The notes under the pieces are model-generated. The model had not been told where the DNA came from. It saw only the letters and a program-made list of their open reading frames with translations, and did not search any database. From contig VERN01000001.1 of the NCBI GenBank assembly GCA_018882635.1, positions 1 through 45,827 on the forward strand: a stretch of 45,827 nucleotides of DNA, in the 5' to 3' direction. Every line of letters begins with the position of its first letter. The stretch's first letter is position 1. This stretch comes from Beijerinckiaceae bacterium (lineage in GTDB: Bacteria > Pseudomonadota > Alphaproteobacteria > Rhizobiales > Beijerinckiaceae). Shown here piece after piece: positions 11,314-20,732 of this stretch. The position numbers were made by a program, and so were the translations under genes.

Positions 11314-12396
11314 TTAGCTGATGGTTCCTGCCATCAGAACGACACCGAGGCAAAGCACGGCGGCAGCCGCCAGCGTCTCAAATCCAGAGGCCACAATTTG
11401 ACCGCGTCGGCTTTCTTCGCCTCCGGCCAACGCGCGCGCTTTGCTCTTCGCCAGAATGGTGAAAATTGCCAAGGTCGCTGTCGTGAGAAATGTGCCAATC
11501 GCCATACCAAAGGTCGCGAGCACACCAAGCCAAAACACGCCTTGAGAAAGTGCGAACACCAAGACGACGATTGCGCCTGAACAGGGGCGAATGCCTGCGG
11601 CGAGGATGGTGGCAGCCATGCTCTTCCATGTCGCGAGGGCGGGCGGGAGCGGCGCATGATCATGGCCGCAGCCGCACGATTCATTATGCTCGTGGTCGTG
11701 ATGATGATGGTGATGGTGGTGATGATTGTGAGTGCCACCCTGCAGCACCGCGGCGAGCGCGCCCGCTTTCACCCATAACAACCAGCCACCAACAAGCGCC
11801 ACGAGCGCGAAACTCGCCAATTCAATCCAATTGGCTGCTTGCGCCATCACCTTTGCGGTTGCACCAAAGAGAATGGCGAAAACACCAACAATAATGATCG
11901 CCACTGCGGCCTGTAGCAAAGCAGCACCGAGCGACAACACAATGCCACCCTTGATCTGCTTTTCCGTCGCCACTGCATAGGCAGCGATAATGGCCTTGCC
12001 GTGGCCGGGCCCAGCCGCATGAAAAACGCCATAGGCAAACGCCACACCAATTAATGTTAGGCCTGCATAGGCATCACTTTTGAACGCGCGAACGGCTGCA
12101 TTCATTGCGCGTGCAAATTGCGATTGGACATCCAAAATCCATGCCGCAAGACCAGACGTCGCAGCACCGCCTTCGCGTAATCCCATCCCGAAAGGTGATT
12201 TCGGTGCCGGTGTTGGCGCAGGCGATCCGATGAAAAGACCAATCAGACTGCCCACGGCAATGATCGCCACCAGAGCCGCGATGATGACGCCAATCCGCCA
12301 CAGGAGTGGGGCGTGACCATCATGATGCGTGTGGTGATGATCATGGGCGTGATGATCATGGGCGTGATCATGATGAGGATGATGACTTACGGACAT
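11314..12396 (-). CDS. His-rich nickel/cobalt transporter (RcnA/NiCoT-like family)
   Basis: YGVFHAAGPGHGK and GIRPCSGA motifs, several TM segments, His-rich N-terminus and central loop. Confidence 0.88.
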   Translation of the reverse strand: MSVSHHPHHDHAHDHHAHDHHHTHHDGHAPLLWRIGVIIAALVAIIAVGSLIGLFIGSPAPTPAPKSPFGMGLREGGAATSGLAAWILDVQSQFARAMNAAVRAFKSDAYAGLTLIGVAFAYGVFHAAGPGHGKAIIAAYAVATEKQIKGGIVLSLGAALLQAAVAIIIVGVFAILFGATAKVMAQAANWIELASFALVALVGGWLLWVKAGALAAVLQGGTHNHHHHHHHHHDHEHNESCGCGHDHAPLPPALATWKSMAATILAAGIRPCSGAIVVLVFALSQGVFWLGVLATFGMAIGTFLTTATLAIFTILAKSKARALAGGEESRRGQIVASGFETLAAAAVLCLGVVLMAGTIS

Positions 12397-13043
12397 GCGA
12401 TGAGCGCCTTGGGAGCGAATTGCAAGCCAACATCTCCGCTCTGACCACGCAACGCTTCAAACGCCTGTTCAGAAAGGGTTTGTTGTGGTGCTTGTATTTT
12501 TGGACGTGTGATTTTCATCGTGCAGCCTTGCGGTGCGCCGACCAAGGTTACGGCCTGATCGCCCTCTGCAAGATTAAACGCAACGAAAAATGTATTATCG
12601 GCCACTTCAAGTGAGACGCTTGTCTTCGGCTTCACCGGCGCTGCGAGAGGCAATGTATAGACGAAGCGGAGGAGTGGACCTTTCATCTCCATAAAATAAT
12701 CCTTCGGTTGACCGAAGGATTGACGCTTACCGTCGATTTTCAACGATGTGAAAAAATCAAACTCATGCAGCGATTCGGCATTCTCCTGGGCGAGAGCGGC
12801 CAACTCATCACGCGAGATTTTTCCATCCTTGTTGGTGTCGAGACCTTGGACCGCGAAACTCGTATAGGCCTCGTCAAAATCCCAGCTGTGACGGATGGCG
12901 ACAACGCTGCCTTCGGGATTGAAGATCACCTCGGCGGAAGAAGTGACCCAGACATGGGGATGCGCCTGCGCTGGAGCTGCGCCCAAGAGCACGCCAAGAA
13001 GGGCCAGAAGCACGCCGCCGCGTGAAAACCAATCCCGCATCAT
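12387..13043 (-). CDS. DUF1007-type periplasmic putative metal-binding protein
   Basis: Signal peptide ending AQA, mature N-terminus HPHVW, EF-hand-like DTNKDGKISRDE; overlaps the transporter start. Confidence 0.8.
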   Translation of the reverse strand: MMRDWFSRGGVLLALLGVLLGAAPAQAHPHVWVTSSAEVIFNPEGSVVAIRHSWDFDEAYTSFAVQGLDTNKDGKISRDELAALAQENAESLHEFDFFTSLKIDGKRQSFGQPKDYFMEMKGPLLRFVYTLPLAAPVKPKTSVSLEVADNTFFVAFNLAEGDQAVTLVGAPQGCTMKITRPKIQAPQQTLSEQAFEALRGQSGDVGLQFAPKALIACP

Positions 13044-13112
13044 TCACCTTCCGAATCAGCCCATACTGGCCGGACAATGGGCCAAACTAAGGCGGCGAGC
13101 GCCCAGCGCCAA

Positions 13113-13151
13113 TTGACCCTAGGCCCACACTATGTCAGCATTGCTGACATA
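13113..13151 (+). promoter_or_regulatory. Putative ior promoter with a perfect 21-bp palindromic operator
   Basis: TTGACC (13113-13118), 17 nt, CAGCAT (13136-13141), overlapped by TATGTCAGCA-T-TGCTGACATA (13131-13151). Confidence 0.7.
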
Positions 13152-13224
13152 ATAAAGTCGAAGAGCCGGTCACCGGCCGATTGACCCTTGGCACGGACAG
13201 GGGTCTTCTGGAGGACAGTAGAGG

Positions 13225-16200
13225 ATGGCCACCCCCATGCCCGCTTTACCGCCTAGTGCCAACGCGCTTCTGCCCGTCTCGCTCGACGATAAATACGATC
13301 TCGCCCAGCAGCACGTCTTCATCACGGGGACACAGGCGATCATCCGCATGATGCTGATGCAGCATGAGCGGGATCGGCGTGCTGGCTTCAAGACGGCCGG
13401 GTTTATCTCCGGCTATCGCGGCTCACCTTTAGGAGCCCTCGACCAGCAGGTGGCCAAGGCCCGCAAGATGCTGGAGCCGGCCCATATCGTCTTCCAGCCC
13501 GGGATCAATGAAGAGCTGGCTGCCACCGCTTGCTGGGGGACGCAGCAGGCCGAGATGCGGGGCGAAGGCCGTTTCGATGGCGTGTTTGCGCTCTGGTATG
13601 GCAAGGGCCCCGGCGTCGACCGCTCGGGCGATGTGTTCCGGCATGCCAATATGGCGGGGACCTCACCCAAGGGGGGCGTGCTCGCTTTGATGGGCGATGA
13701 CCACACCGCCGAATCCTCGACAACGGCCCATCAATCCGAATTCACTTTTGTCGACGTGATGATGCCGATCCTCAGCCCGGCAGGGGTGCAGGAAATTCTC
13801 GATTACGGGCTTTATGGCTATGCGATGAGCCGTTTCTGCGGCACGTGGGTGGCGCTGAAAGGGGTCAAGGATACGGTCGAATCGACTGCCATCGTCGATG
13901 CGTCGCTCGATCGCATCACCATCACAACACCCACCGATTTCACGATGCCTCAGGGCGGGCTCAATATCCGTCCGCGCGATGGCATTCTCGAGATGGAAGC
14001 GCGGCTCCAAGACTACAAGCGCGACGCCATGATCGCCTTTCTGCGCGCCAACCCGATCAACCGGATGATCCTGAGCGGCGGAGCCAAACCACGCGTGGGC
14101 GTCATCACGGTGGGCAAATCCTATCTCGATGTGCGTCAAGCCCTCGAAGAGCTCGGGATCGATGAAGTCCGCGCCAATGCGCTCGGCCTGCGGCTCTACA
14201 AAATCGGCTGCCCGTGGCCGATCGAGCCGGATGGTCTCAAGGCCTTTGCGAAAGATCTCGACCTCATCATCGTCGTCGAAGAGAAGCGGTCTCTGATTGA
14301 AGTGCAGGTGCGCGAAGAACTCTATGGTTCTGCCCATCAACCCATCGTTGTCGGCAAGAAAGATGAGGCAGGGCAATGGCTCTTCCCGGTGAAGGGCGCG
14401 CTTGATCCCAATGACATTGCCATCGCCATCGGTGAGCGCGTTCTGCGCTATCATGACGATGCCGATTTGAAGGCACGCTTGGCGCGTTTACGCACCGCGC
14501 AACACACTCTCGCAGAAGTGCAGGATGTGGCGACGCGCATTCCGTATTTCTGCTCGGGCTGCCCGCATAATTCATCGACCATCGTGCCTGAGGGTGCGCG
14601 CGCCTATGCCGGCATTGGCTGCCATTACATGGTGCAATGGATGGATCGCGCCACTGAAGGCTTTACGCAGATGGGCGGTGAAGGTGCGAATTGGGTGGGT
14701 GAAGCGCCCTTCTCAAAACGCGGCCACGTGTTCCAAAATCTCGGTGACGGCACTTATAATCATTCGGGCGTTTTAGCGTTGCGGTTCGCCATTTCATCGA
14801 AAGCGAACGTCACTTATAAAATCCTCTTCAATGACGCGGTGGCGATGACAGGTGGCCAGCGCCATGATGGTGGCCTCACGGTCGATCAATTAGCGGCACA
14901 AGTATCGGCGGAAGGCGTGAAGGCGCTTGCGATTGTCTCGGACGATCCGGACAAATATGGCGGTCATAGCTTCCCGAGCGGCGTCACATTTCATCATCGT
15001 AGTGAACTCGATCTCGTGCAGCGTCGGCTCGCAGAAATTGAAGGCGTCACGGCGGTTATTTATGATCAGACGTGTGCTGCTGAAAAAAGACGGCGGCGCA
15101 AGCGCGGCGAAATGCCTGATCCTGACAAGCGCGTGATCATTAATGAATTGGTCTGCGAAGGCTGTGGTGATTGTTCGCAGAAATCAAATTGCGTCTCGGT
15201 GCAACCCGTCGAAACAGAATTCGGCCGGAAGCGCATGATCGATCAATCCAATTGCAACAAGGATTTTTCGTGCGTACAGGGCTTCTGCCCGTCCTTTGTA
15301 ACCGTTCATGGGGCGAAAGTTAAAAAGGCAAAAGTTAATTCCGTCACTGTGAATGATTCTGAATGGGGCGTGCTGCCGGAGCCACATACGGCCATGCCGG
15401 ATCGGCCTTACGCCATCATTGTAACAGGTGTGGGTGGCACCGGCGTTGTTACTATTGGCGCGATCCTTGGGATGGCTGCGCATCTCGAAGGCAAGGGTTG
15501 CGGCATGATCGACATGGCCGGGCTCGCGCAAAAAGGCGGCGCGGTTTACAGCCATGTGAAGCTCGCCAAAACGCCCGATGATATTCACGCTATTCGCGTG
15601 GCTGCGGGTGAAGCTGATCTTGTGCTGGGTTGTGACCTCGTTGTCACCGGCACGAAGAAGGTGCTCGCGGGTGCGCGCCCGGGCGAGACGATGATCGTTG
15701 TCAACACGGCCGAAGTGATGCCGGGCGATTTCGTACGCAATCCGGATTTCTCATTGCCGTCGGAACGGATCAAACGCGCGGTTCTTTCAATTGTCGGCCG
15801 TGAGAACGCGGCCTTCGTCAATGCGACGGGTATTGCGACCGCGCTCATGGGCAATGCGATCGCGGCCAACATGTTCGTGCTGGGCTATGCGTTCCAAAAG
15901 GGACGCGTGCCGCTTTCGTCAGACGCCATCAAACGCGCTATCGAACTGAATGGCGAAGCGGTGCAGATGAATTTGCAGGCTTTTGAATGGGGCCGCCGCG
16001 CCGCCATTGACCTGCCGCGCGTGGAAGCCCTCGCGGCACCGGCCTTGAAGGGCACCAAAGCTCGTCAGTTGGCGGAGACGCTTGAAGAGAAGATCGCGCG
16101 CCGCGTTGAATTTCTCACCGCCTACCAAAACCGCGCCTATGCCGATCGTTATTTGAGACAGGTTGAAGCGGTGCGTGCGGCCGAGGCGCGAGTGACACCG

Positions 16201-16740
16201 GGCGAGACAGGTTTGACCGAAGCCACGGTCAAGAACCTCTTCAAGCTCATGGCCATCAAAGATGAGTATGAGGTCGGGCGTCTTTATTCCGATGGGGCCT
16301 TCCAGAAGCAGCTCGCCAGCGCGTTCGAGGGCGATCTGAAGTTGGAATTCCACCTCGCGCCGCCTTTGCTGGGTCACCGCGATCCGCAGACCGGGCTGCC
16401 GACGAAGACGACCTTCGGCCCGTGGGTGATGCACGCTTTCCGCGCGCTTGCCGCTTTGCGCGGCCTCCGCGGGACCGTGTTCGATATCTTCGGACGCACC
16501 GACGAACGCAAAATGGAGCGCAAGCTGCTGGCCGATTATGAGGGCCTGCTTGTCGAATTGTGCAGTGCACTCACGCCTGCCAATAAACCGATTGCAACGG
16601 CCCTTGCGGCGCTTCCCGACAAGATCCGTGGCTTCGGCCATGTGAAAGAACGGAATGTGCACAGCGCTAAGGCGGAAGAAGCGGCTTTGCTCCGCCAGTT
16701 CCGCAATGGTGAAGCCATCCAGCCGCTCGCTGCTGAATAA
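13225..16740 (+). CDS. Fused indolepyruvate:ferredoxin oxidoreductase family protein
   Basis: SGYRGSPLG, NEELAAT, FCSGCPHN, GIGCH, TPP-binding GDGTY...N, ferredoxin-like CEGCGDC and CxxGFCP, GVGGTG/GLAQKGG gamma domain. Confidence 0.93.
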   Translation: MATPMPALPPSANALLPVSLDDKYDLAQQHVFITGTQAIIRMMLMQHERDRRAGFKTAGFISGYRGSPLGALDQQVAKARKMLEPAHIVFQPGINEELAATACWGTQQAEMRGEGRFDGVFALWYGKGPGVDRSGDVFRHANMAGTSPKGGVLALMGDDHTAESSTTAHQSEFTFVDVMMPILSPAGVQEILDYGLYGYAMSRFCGTWVALKGVKDTVESTAIVDASLDRITITTPTDFTMPQGGLNIRPRDGILEMEARLQDYKRDAMIAFLRANPINRMILSGGAKPRVGVITVGKSYLDVRQALEELGIDEVRANALGLRLYKIGCPWPIEPDGLKAFAKDLDLIIVVEEKRSLIEVQVREELYGSAHQPIVVGKKDEAGQWLFPVKGALDPNDIAIAIGERVLRYHDDADLKARLARLRTAQHTLAEVQDVATRIPYFCSGCPHNSSTIVPEGARAYAGIGCHYMVQWMDRATEGFTQMGGEGANWVGEAPFSKRGHVFQNLGDGTYNHSGVLALRFAISSKANVTYKILFNDAVAMTGGQRHDGGLTVDQLAAQVSAEGVKALAIVSDDPDKYGGHSFPSGVTFHHRSELDLVQRRLAEIEGVTAVIYDQTCAAEKRRRRKRGEMPDPDKRVIINELVCEGCGDCSQKSNCVSVQPVETEFGRKRMIDQSNCNKDFSCVQGFCPSFVTVHGAKVKKAKVNSVTVNDSEWGVLPEPHTAMPDRPYAIIVTGVGGTGVVTIGAILGMAAHLEGKGCGMIDMAGLAQKGGAVYSHVKLAKTPDDIHAIRVAAGEADLVLGCDLVVTGTKKVLAGARPGETMIVVNTAEVMPGDFVRNPDFSLPSERIKRAVLSIVGRENAAFVNATGIATALMGNAIAANMFVLGYAFQKGRVPLSSDAIKRAIELNGEAVQMNLQAFEWGRRAAIDLPRVEALAAPALKGTKARQLAETLEEKIARRVEFLTAYQNRAYADRYLRQVEAVRAAEARVTPGETGLTEATVKNLFKLMAIKDEYEVGRLYSDGAFQKQLASAFEGDLKLEFHLAPPLLGHRDPQTGLPTKTTFGPWVMHAFRALAALRGLRGTVFDIFGRTDERKMERKLLADYEGLLVELCSALTPANKPIATALAALPDKIRGFGHVKERNVHSAKAEEAALLRQFRNGEAIQPLAAE

Positions 16741-16768
16741 AAGCAATCATTCAAATTGAATAGCATTC

Positions 16769-16800
16769 AACGTTGCGCCTCTTCTGGGGCGCGACGTTTT
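16769..16800 (+). terminator. Probable terminator hairpin after the IOR gene
   Basis: AACGTTGCGCCTC-TTCT-GGGGCGCGACGTT (with G-U pairs) ending in a T-run. Confidence 0.55.
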
Positions 16801-16971
16801 GCGTGTTGGTCCTTCGTTGCATTGCCGCGGGCGACGAGACCGTTCACCTTGCACCGCATAGAAAGAGGGCTGCATAGTTGGCCCAACCAGAACAGATGGC
16901 GGCCTACCGCCACATTTGGGGAATGGCCGGTTTTTTAGATCAAAGACCGGATTTTAAGGGAGGATGCCCAC

Positions 16972-18942
16972 GTGGAAGCCGCCAAGGCCCTGCGGGAGGA
17001 TACGTTTCCGAAATTATTGGCGCGCAACGCCCGCGTGCGCGGCGCACGCCCCGCGATCCGCCATAAGGATCTCGGTATTTGGCAGACATGGTCGTGGGCT
17101 GAAGTCTACGAAACCGTGCGCGCACTGGCTGTTGGTTACCGCGCTCTCGGCCTTGAACGCGGCGATACGATTGCGATTGTGGGCGCCAACCGGCCGAAAC
17201 TCTATTGGTCAATGATGGCGGCGCAAATGCTCGGCGCCATTCCTGTTCCCGTCTATGCCGATGCTGTGGCTGATGAAATGGCGTATGTGCTTGAGCACGC
17301 GCAGGTGAAGCTCGCAGCCGTGCAAGACCAAGAACAGGTCGACAAGATTTTATCGATTGCCGATCGGCTGCATTACCTCAAATTCATTGCCTATGATTGG
17401 GAGCGTGGTCTGCGCGATTATGACCATACACGCCTTAAACCTATCAATGAGTTGATCGCTGAAGGGCGTGGCCTTTTAAAAGATCCTGCTATCGCAAGCG
17501 CGCTCGATGAGAGCATTGCAGCGGGCGTTGGCGCTGATATCTCTGTTATTCTCTATACATCTGGCACAACGGGCCGCTCTAAAGGCGTGATGCTATCGGC
17601 AGAACGCTGCATTAATGCGGCGACCGATAGCGTCAAATTCGACAGGCTCAATGATCACGACGAAGTTCTGGCTTACCTACCCCTCGCATGGGTCGGTGAT
17701 CATTATATGAATTATGCGCAAGGGCTGGTGGCTGGCTATTGCATGTCTTGCCCCGAAAGCGCTGACACAGTTCAACAGGATCTTCGCGAAATCGGGCCTA
17801 CTTTCTATTTCGCACCACCGCGTGTTTTTGAAAATCTGCTCACGCGCGTGATGATCCGGATGGAAGATGCGAGCGCCTTGAAGCGCAAAATGTTCCATTA
17901 TTTTATTGGCATCGCGAAGCAATATGGCGAAAAAATTCTAAATGGCGAGAGCGTGCCACTCGCCGGTCAATTGCTTTATGGGCTCGGCAATCTTCTCGTT
18001 TATGCGCCCCTTAAGAACGTTCTCGGCTTCTCGCGCATGCGCGTTGGCTATACGGCGGGCGAAGCCATCGGGCCGGAGCTCTTTTCGTTCTACCGCTCGC
18101 TCGGCTTGAACTTGAAACAGCTCTACGGCCAGACAGAAGCCTTCCTCTATGTGACCGTGCAACCCGACGGCCAAATCCGCGCCGATACGGTTGGGCCGCT
18201 TGCGCCTAATGTCGAAGTGAAAATCAGTGAGGAAGGCGAAGTCCTCTTCAAATCGCCTGGCATGTTCCTTGGCTATTTCCGCGATGATGAGCGGACGCAT
18301 GAAACTTTGACGCCCGATGGCTTTATCAAGACCGGTGACGCTGGTTTCTTCGAGCCACAATCAGGCCACCTCAAAATCATCGACCGCGCCAAGGATGTCG
18401 GCAAGATGGCCAATGGCGATCTGTTCCCGCCCAAATATGTCGAGAACAAGCTGAAATTCTTCCCCAACATCAAGGAAGCGGTTGCGTTTGGGGACACGCG
18501 CGATTTCGTTACATGCTTCCTGAATATTGACATTACGGCTGTCGGCAATTGGGCCGAGCGCAACAATGTCGTTTATGCATCCTATCAGGAATTGGCCGGT
18601 CATCCGCTGGTCTATGACATGATTGCCTCGCATGTGGACGAAGTGAACCGCCTTCTTGCGGCTGAGCCGATGATGGCTGGCGCGCAAATCAAGCGCTTCT
18701 TGATCTTGCACAAAGAGCTCGATGCGGATGATGGCGAATTAACGCGCACACAAAAGGTGCGTCGCGGTTTCATTGCTGAGCGTTACGCGCCTTTGATTGA
18801 TGCGCTCTACAATGGCTCCTCAGAAGCCGATATTTCGACGGAAGTCACGTTCGAGGACGGGCGCAAGGGCACTATCTCGGCCCGCGTGAAAGTGCGCGAT
18901 TGCACGCTCGTTCCTGTCTCTGCCCATAACAAGGCCGCATAA
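16972..18942 (+). CDS. AMP-dependent long-chain acyl-CoA ligase (FadD-like)
   Basis: YTSGTTGRSKG AMP-binding signature, YGQTE, TGDAG, IIDRAKD, ELTRTQKVRR; GGGAGGA Shine-Dalgarno before the GTG. Confidence 0.92.
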   Translation: MEAAKALREDTFPKLLARNARVRGARPAIRHKDLGIWQTWSWAEVYETVRALAVGYRALGLERGDTIAIVGANRPKLYWSMMAAQMLGAIPVPVYADAVADEMAYVLEHAQVKLAAVQDQEQVDKILSIADRLHYLKFIAYDWERGLRDYDHTRLKPINELIAEGRGLLKDPAIASALDESIAAGVGADISVILYTSGTTGRSKGVMLSAERCINAATDSVKFDRLNDHDEVLAYLPLAWVGDHYMNYAQGLVAGYCMSCPESADTVQQDLREIGPTFYFAPPRVFENLLTRVMIRMEDASALKRKMFHYFIGIAKQYGEKILNGESVPLAGQLLYGLGNLLVYAPLKNVLGFSRMRVGYTAGEAIGPELFSFYRSLGLNLKQLYGQTEAFLYVTVQPDGQIRADTVGPLAPNVEVKISEEGEVLFKSPGMFLGYFRDDERTHETLTPDGFIKTGDAGFFEPQSGHLKIIDRAKDVGKMANGDLFPPKYVENKLKFFPNIKEAVAFGDTRDFVTCFLNIDITAVGNWAERNNVVYASYQELAGHPLVYDMIASHVDEVNRLLAAEPMMAGAQIKRFLILHKELDADDGELTRTQKVRRGFIAERYAPLIDALYNGSSEADISTEVTFEDGRKGTISARVKVRDCTLVPVSAHNKAA

Positions 18943-19751
18943 TGGACGCTTCAGTTCACCACAAGACTTCCACTTTGGCGAAGGGCGATACGCTGCTCGC
19001 CGTGGACAATGTGTCGCTTGCCTTTGGCGGTGTGAAAGCAATCACAGATGTTTCGTTCGACATCAAAAAGGGTGAGATCCGCGCGATCATCGGCCCAAAC
19101 GGTGCCGGCAAAACATCGATGCTGAATGTCATCAACGGCTTCTATCACCCGCAACAGGGGCGCATCACCTTCAAAGGCGAAACGCGCCAGAAAATGCGTC
19201 CCTATGTGGCCGCATCACAAGGTATTGCGCGCACCTTCCAGAACGTTGCTTTGTTCAAAGGCATGACGACGCTTGATAACATCATGGCAGGCCGCTCGTT
19301 GAAGATGAACTCTAACCTCTTCTGGCAATTGTGGCGGCATGGGCCAGCGATGCGTGAAGAGGTAGAGCATCGCCGAGTGGTGGAAGAGATCATCGATTTT
19401 CTTGAAATTCAGGCGATCCGCAAAACGCCGGTGGGCAAATTACCCTATGGCTTACAAAAGCGCGTTGAACTTGGCCGGGCGCTTGCGATGGAACCCGAAT
19501 TATTGCTGCTTGATGAACCCATGGCGGGCATGAACCTCGAAGAAAAAGAGGACATGTCGCGCTTCATTGTCGATGTGAACACGCAATATGGCACGACGAT
19601 TGCGCTCATCGAACATGATATCGGCGTGGTGATGGATTTGTCCGATCGCGTTGTTGTGCTCGAATATGGCCGCAAGATTGCGGATGGCACACCCGATCAC
19701 GTCAAGAACGACCAGACCGTTATCGACGCCTATCTTGGCGTTCCGCATTGA
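18942..19751 (+). CDS. LivG-type ABC transporter ATP-binding protein
   Basis: GPNGAGKT, IARTFQN, LPYGLQKRVELGRAL, LLDEPMAG, IEHD. Confidence 0.93.
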   Translation: MDASVHHKTSTLAKGDTLLAVDNVSLAFGGVKAITDVSFDIKKGEIRAIIGPNGAGKTSMLNVINGFYHPQQGRITFKGETRQKMRPYVAASQGIARTFQNVALFKGMTTLDNIMAGRSLKMNSNLFWQLWRHGPAMREEVEHRRVVEEIIDFLEIQAIRKTPVGKLPYGLQKRVELGRALAMEPELLLLDEPMAGMNLEEKEDMSRFIVDVNTQYGTTIALIEHDIGVVMDLSDRVVVLEYGRKIADGTPDHVKNDQTVIDAYLGVPH

Positions 19752-19759
19752 GGACCTGA

Positions 19760-20719
19760 ATGATGCACGCGCTTTATATGGTCCTGATTGATCCGTTCGT
19801 GCAGATGGTATCTGCACCCGATCTCTTTGTTCAAACGATCTGGGAAGGCCTCGTTGCAGGCGTTCTTTATGCCCTGATCGCGCTTGGTTTCGTCCTCATC
19901 TTCAAAGCGTCCGGCGTTTTCAATTTTGCGCAGGGCATGATGGTGGTGTTTGCCGGGCTGACGCTGATTGCGTTCCAAGACATGGGGCTTCCCGCCATTG
20001 CCGCGCTCGCGGCGTCACTGGCGGTGATGTATCTCCTTGCCCTGTCGATTGAACGGGTTGTGTTGCGCCCTCTTGTGAACCAGCCTGACATCATCCTGTT
20101 CATGGCGACGTTTGGGATCACTTATATTCTGATCGGATTTGGTGAAATGATCTTCGGCGGTGAGCCGCGTGAAGTGAACACCAAGGCGTTTTTTCTGCCG
20201 CAAGGCTCGTTTGAGATTCCGATCTTGGGCGGTTTCGTCCAGATCCAGAAAATCGACGTTGCGGCCGCTGTCATTGCAGCGCTGATGATCGCAGCGCTGG
20301 GCTTCTTCTTCCAGAAGACCCGTATTGGCCGCGCACTCCGCGCCGTCGCGGATAGCCACAAAGCCGCTCTCTCGGTTGGTATTTCACTCAACCAGATTTG
20401 GGTGATCGTGTGGTTTGCTGCAGGCATTGTGGCGCTTGTTGCTGGCATTATGTGGGGTGCGCGCTCGAATGTGTCGTTCGCTTTGCAGGTTGTCGCGCTC
20501 AAAGCCCTCCCTGTGCTCATCCTTGGTGGTTTTACCTCGATCCCGGGCGCCATTATCGGCGGCCTCATCATCGGTGTGGGTGAAAAACTCGGCGAATTTT
20601 ACTGGGGCCCGTTGATGGGTGGCGGCATCGAAAGCTGGCTCGCCTATTTCATCGCGCTCGGCTTCTTGCTGTTCCGGCCTCAAGGCCTGTTCGGCGACAA
20701 GATCATTGAACGTATTTAA
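19760..20719 (+). CDS. LivH-type ABC transporter permease
   Basis: YALIALGFVLIFKASGVFNFAQG, TRIGRALRAVA, LILGGFTSIPGA, RPQGLFG. Confidence 0.92.
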   Translation: MMHALYMVLIDPFVQMVSAPDLFVQTIWEGLVAGVLYALIALGFVLIFKASGVFNFAQGMMVVFAGLTLIAFQDMGLPAIAALAASLAVMYLLALSIERVVLRPLVNQPDIILFMATFGITYILIGFGEMIFGGEPREVNTKAFFLPQGSFEIPILGGFVQIQKIDVAAAVIAALMIAALGFFFQKTRIGRALRAVADSHKAALSVGISLNQIWVIVWFAAGIVALVAGIMWGARSNVSFALQVVALKALPVLILGGFTSIPGAIIGGLIIGVGEKLGEFYWGPLMGGGIESWLAYFIALGFLLFRPQGLFGDKIIERI

Positions 20720-20732
20720 GGGGGCGATCAGC

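Noticed and set aside
12313-12386. Tandem GATCATGGGCGTGAT-like repeats, also CAT/CAC repeats at 9620-9680 and 11690-11730, as a possible CRISPR or VNTR
   Set aside because: They are His/Asp codon runs inside coding sequences; there is no repeat-spacer structure and no cas gene.
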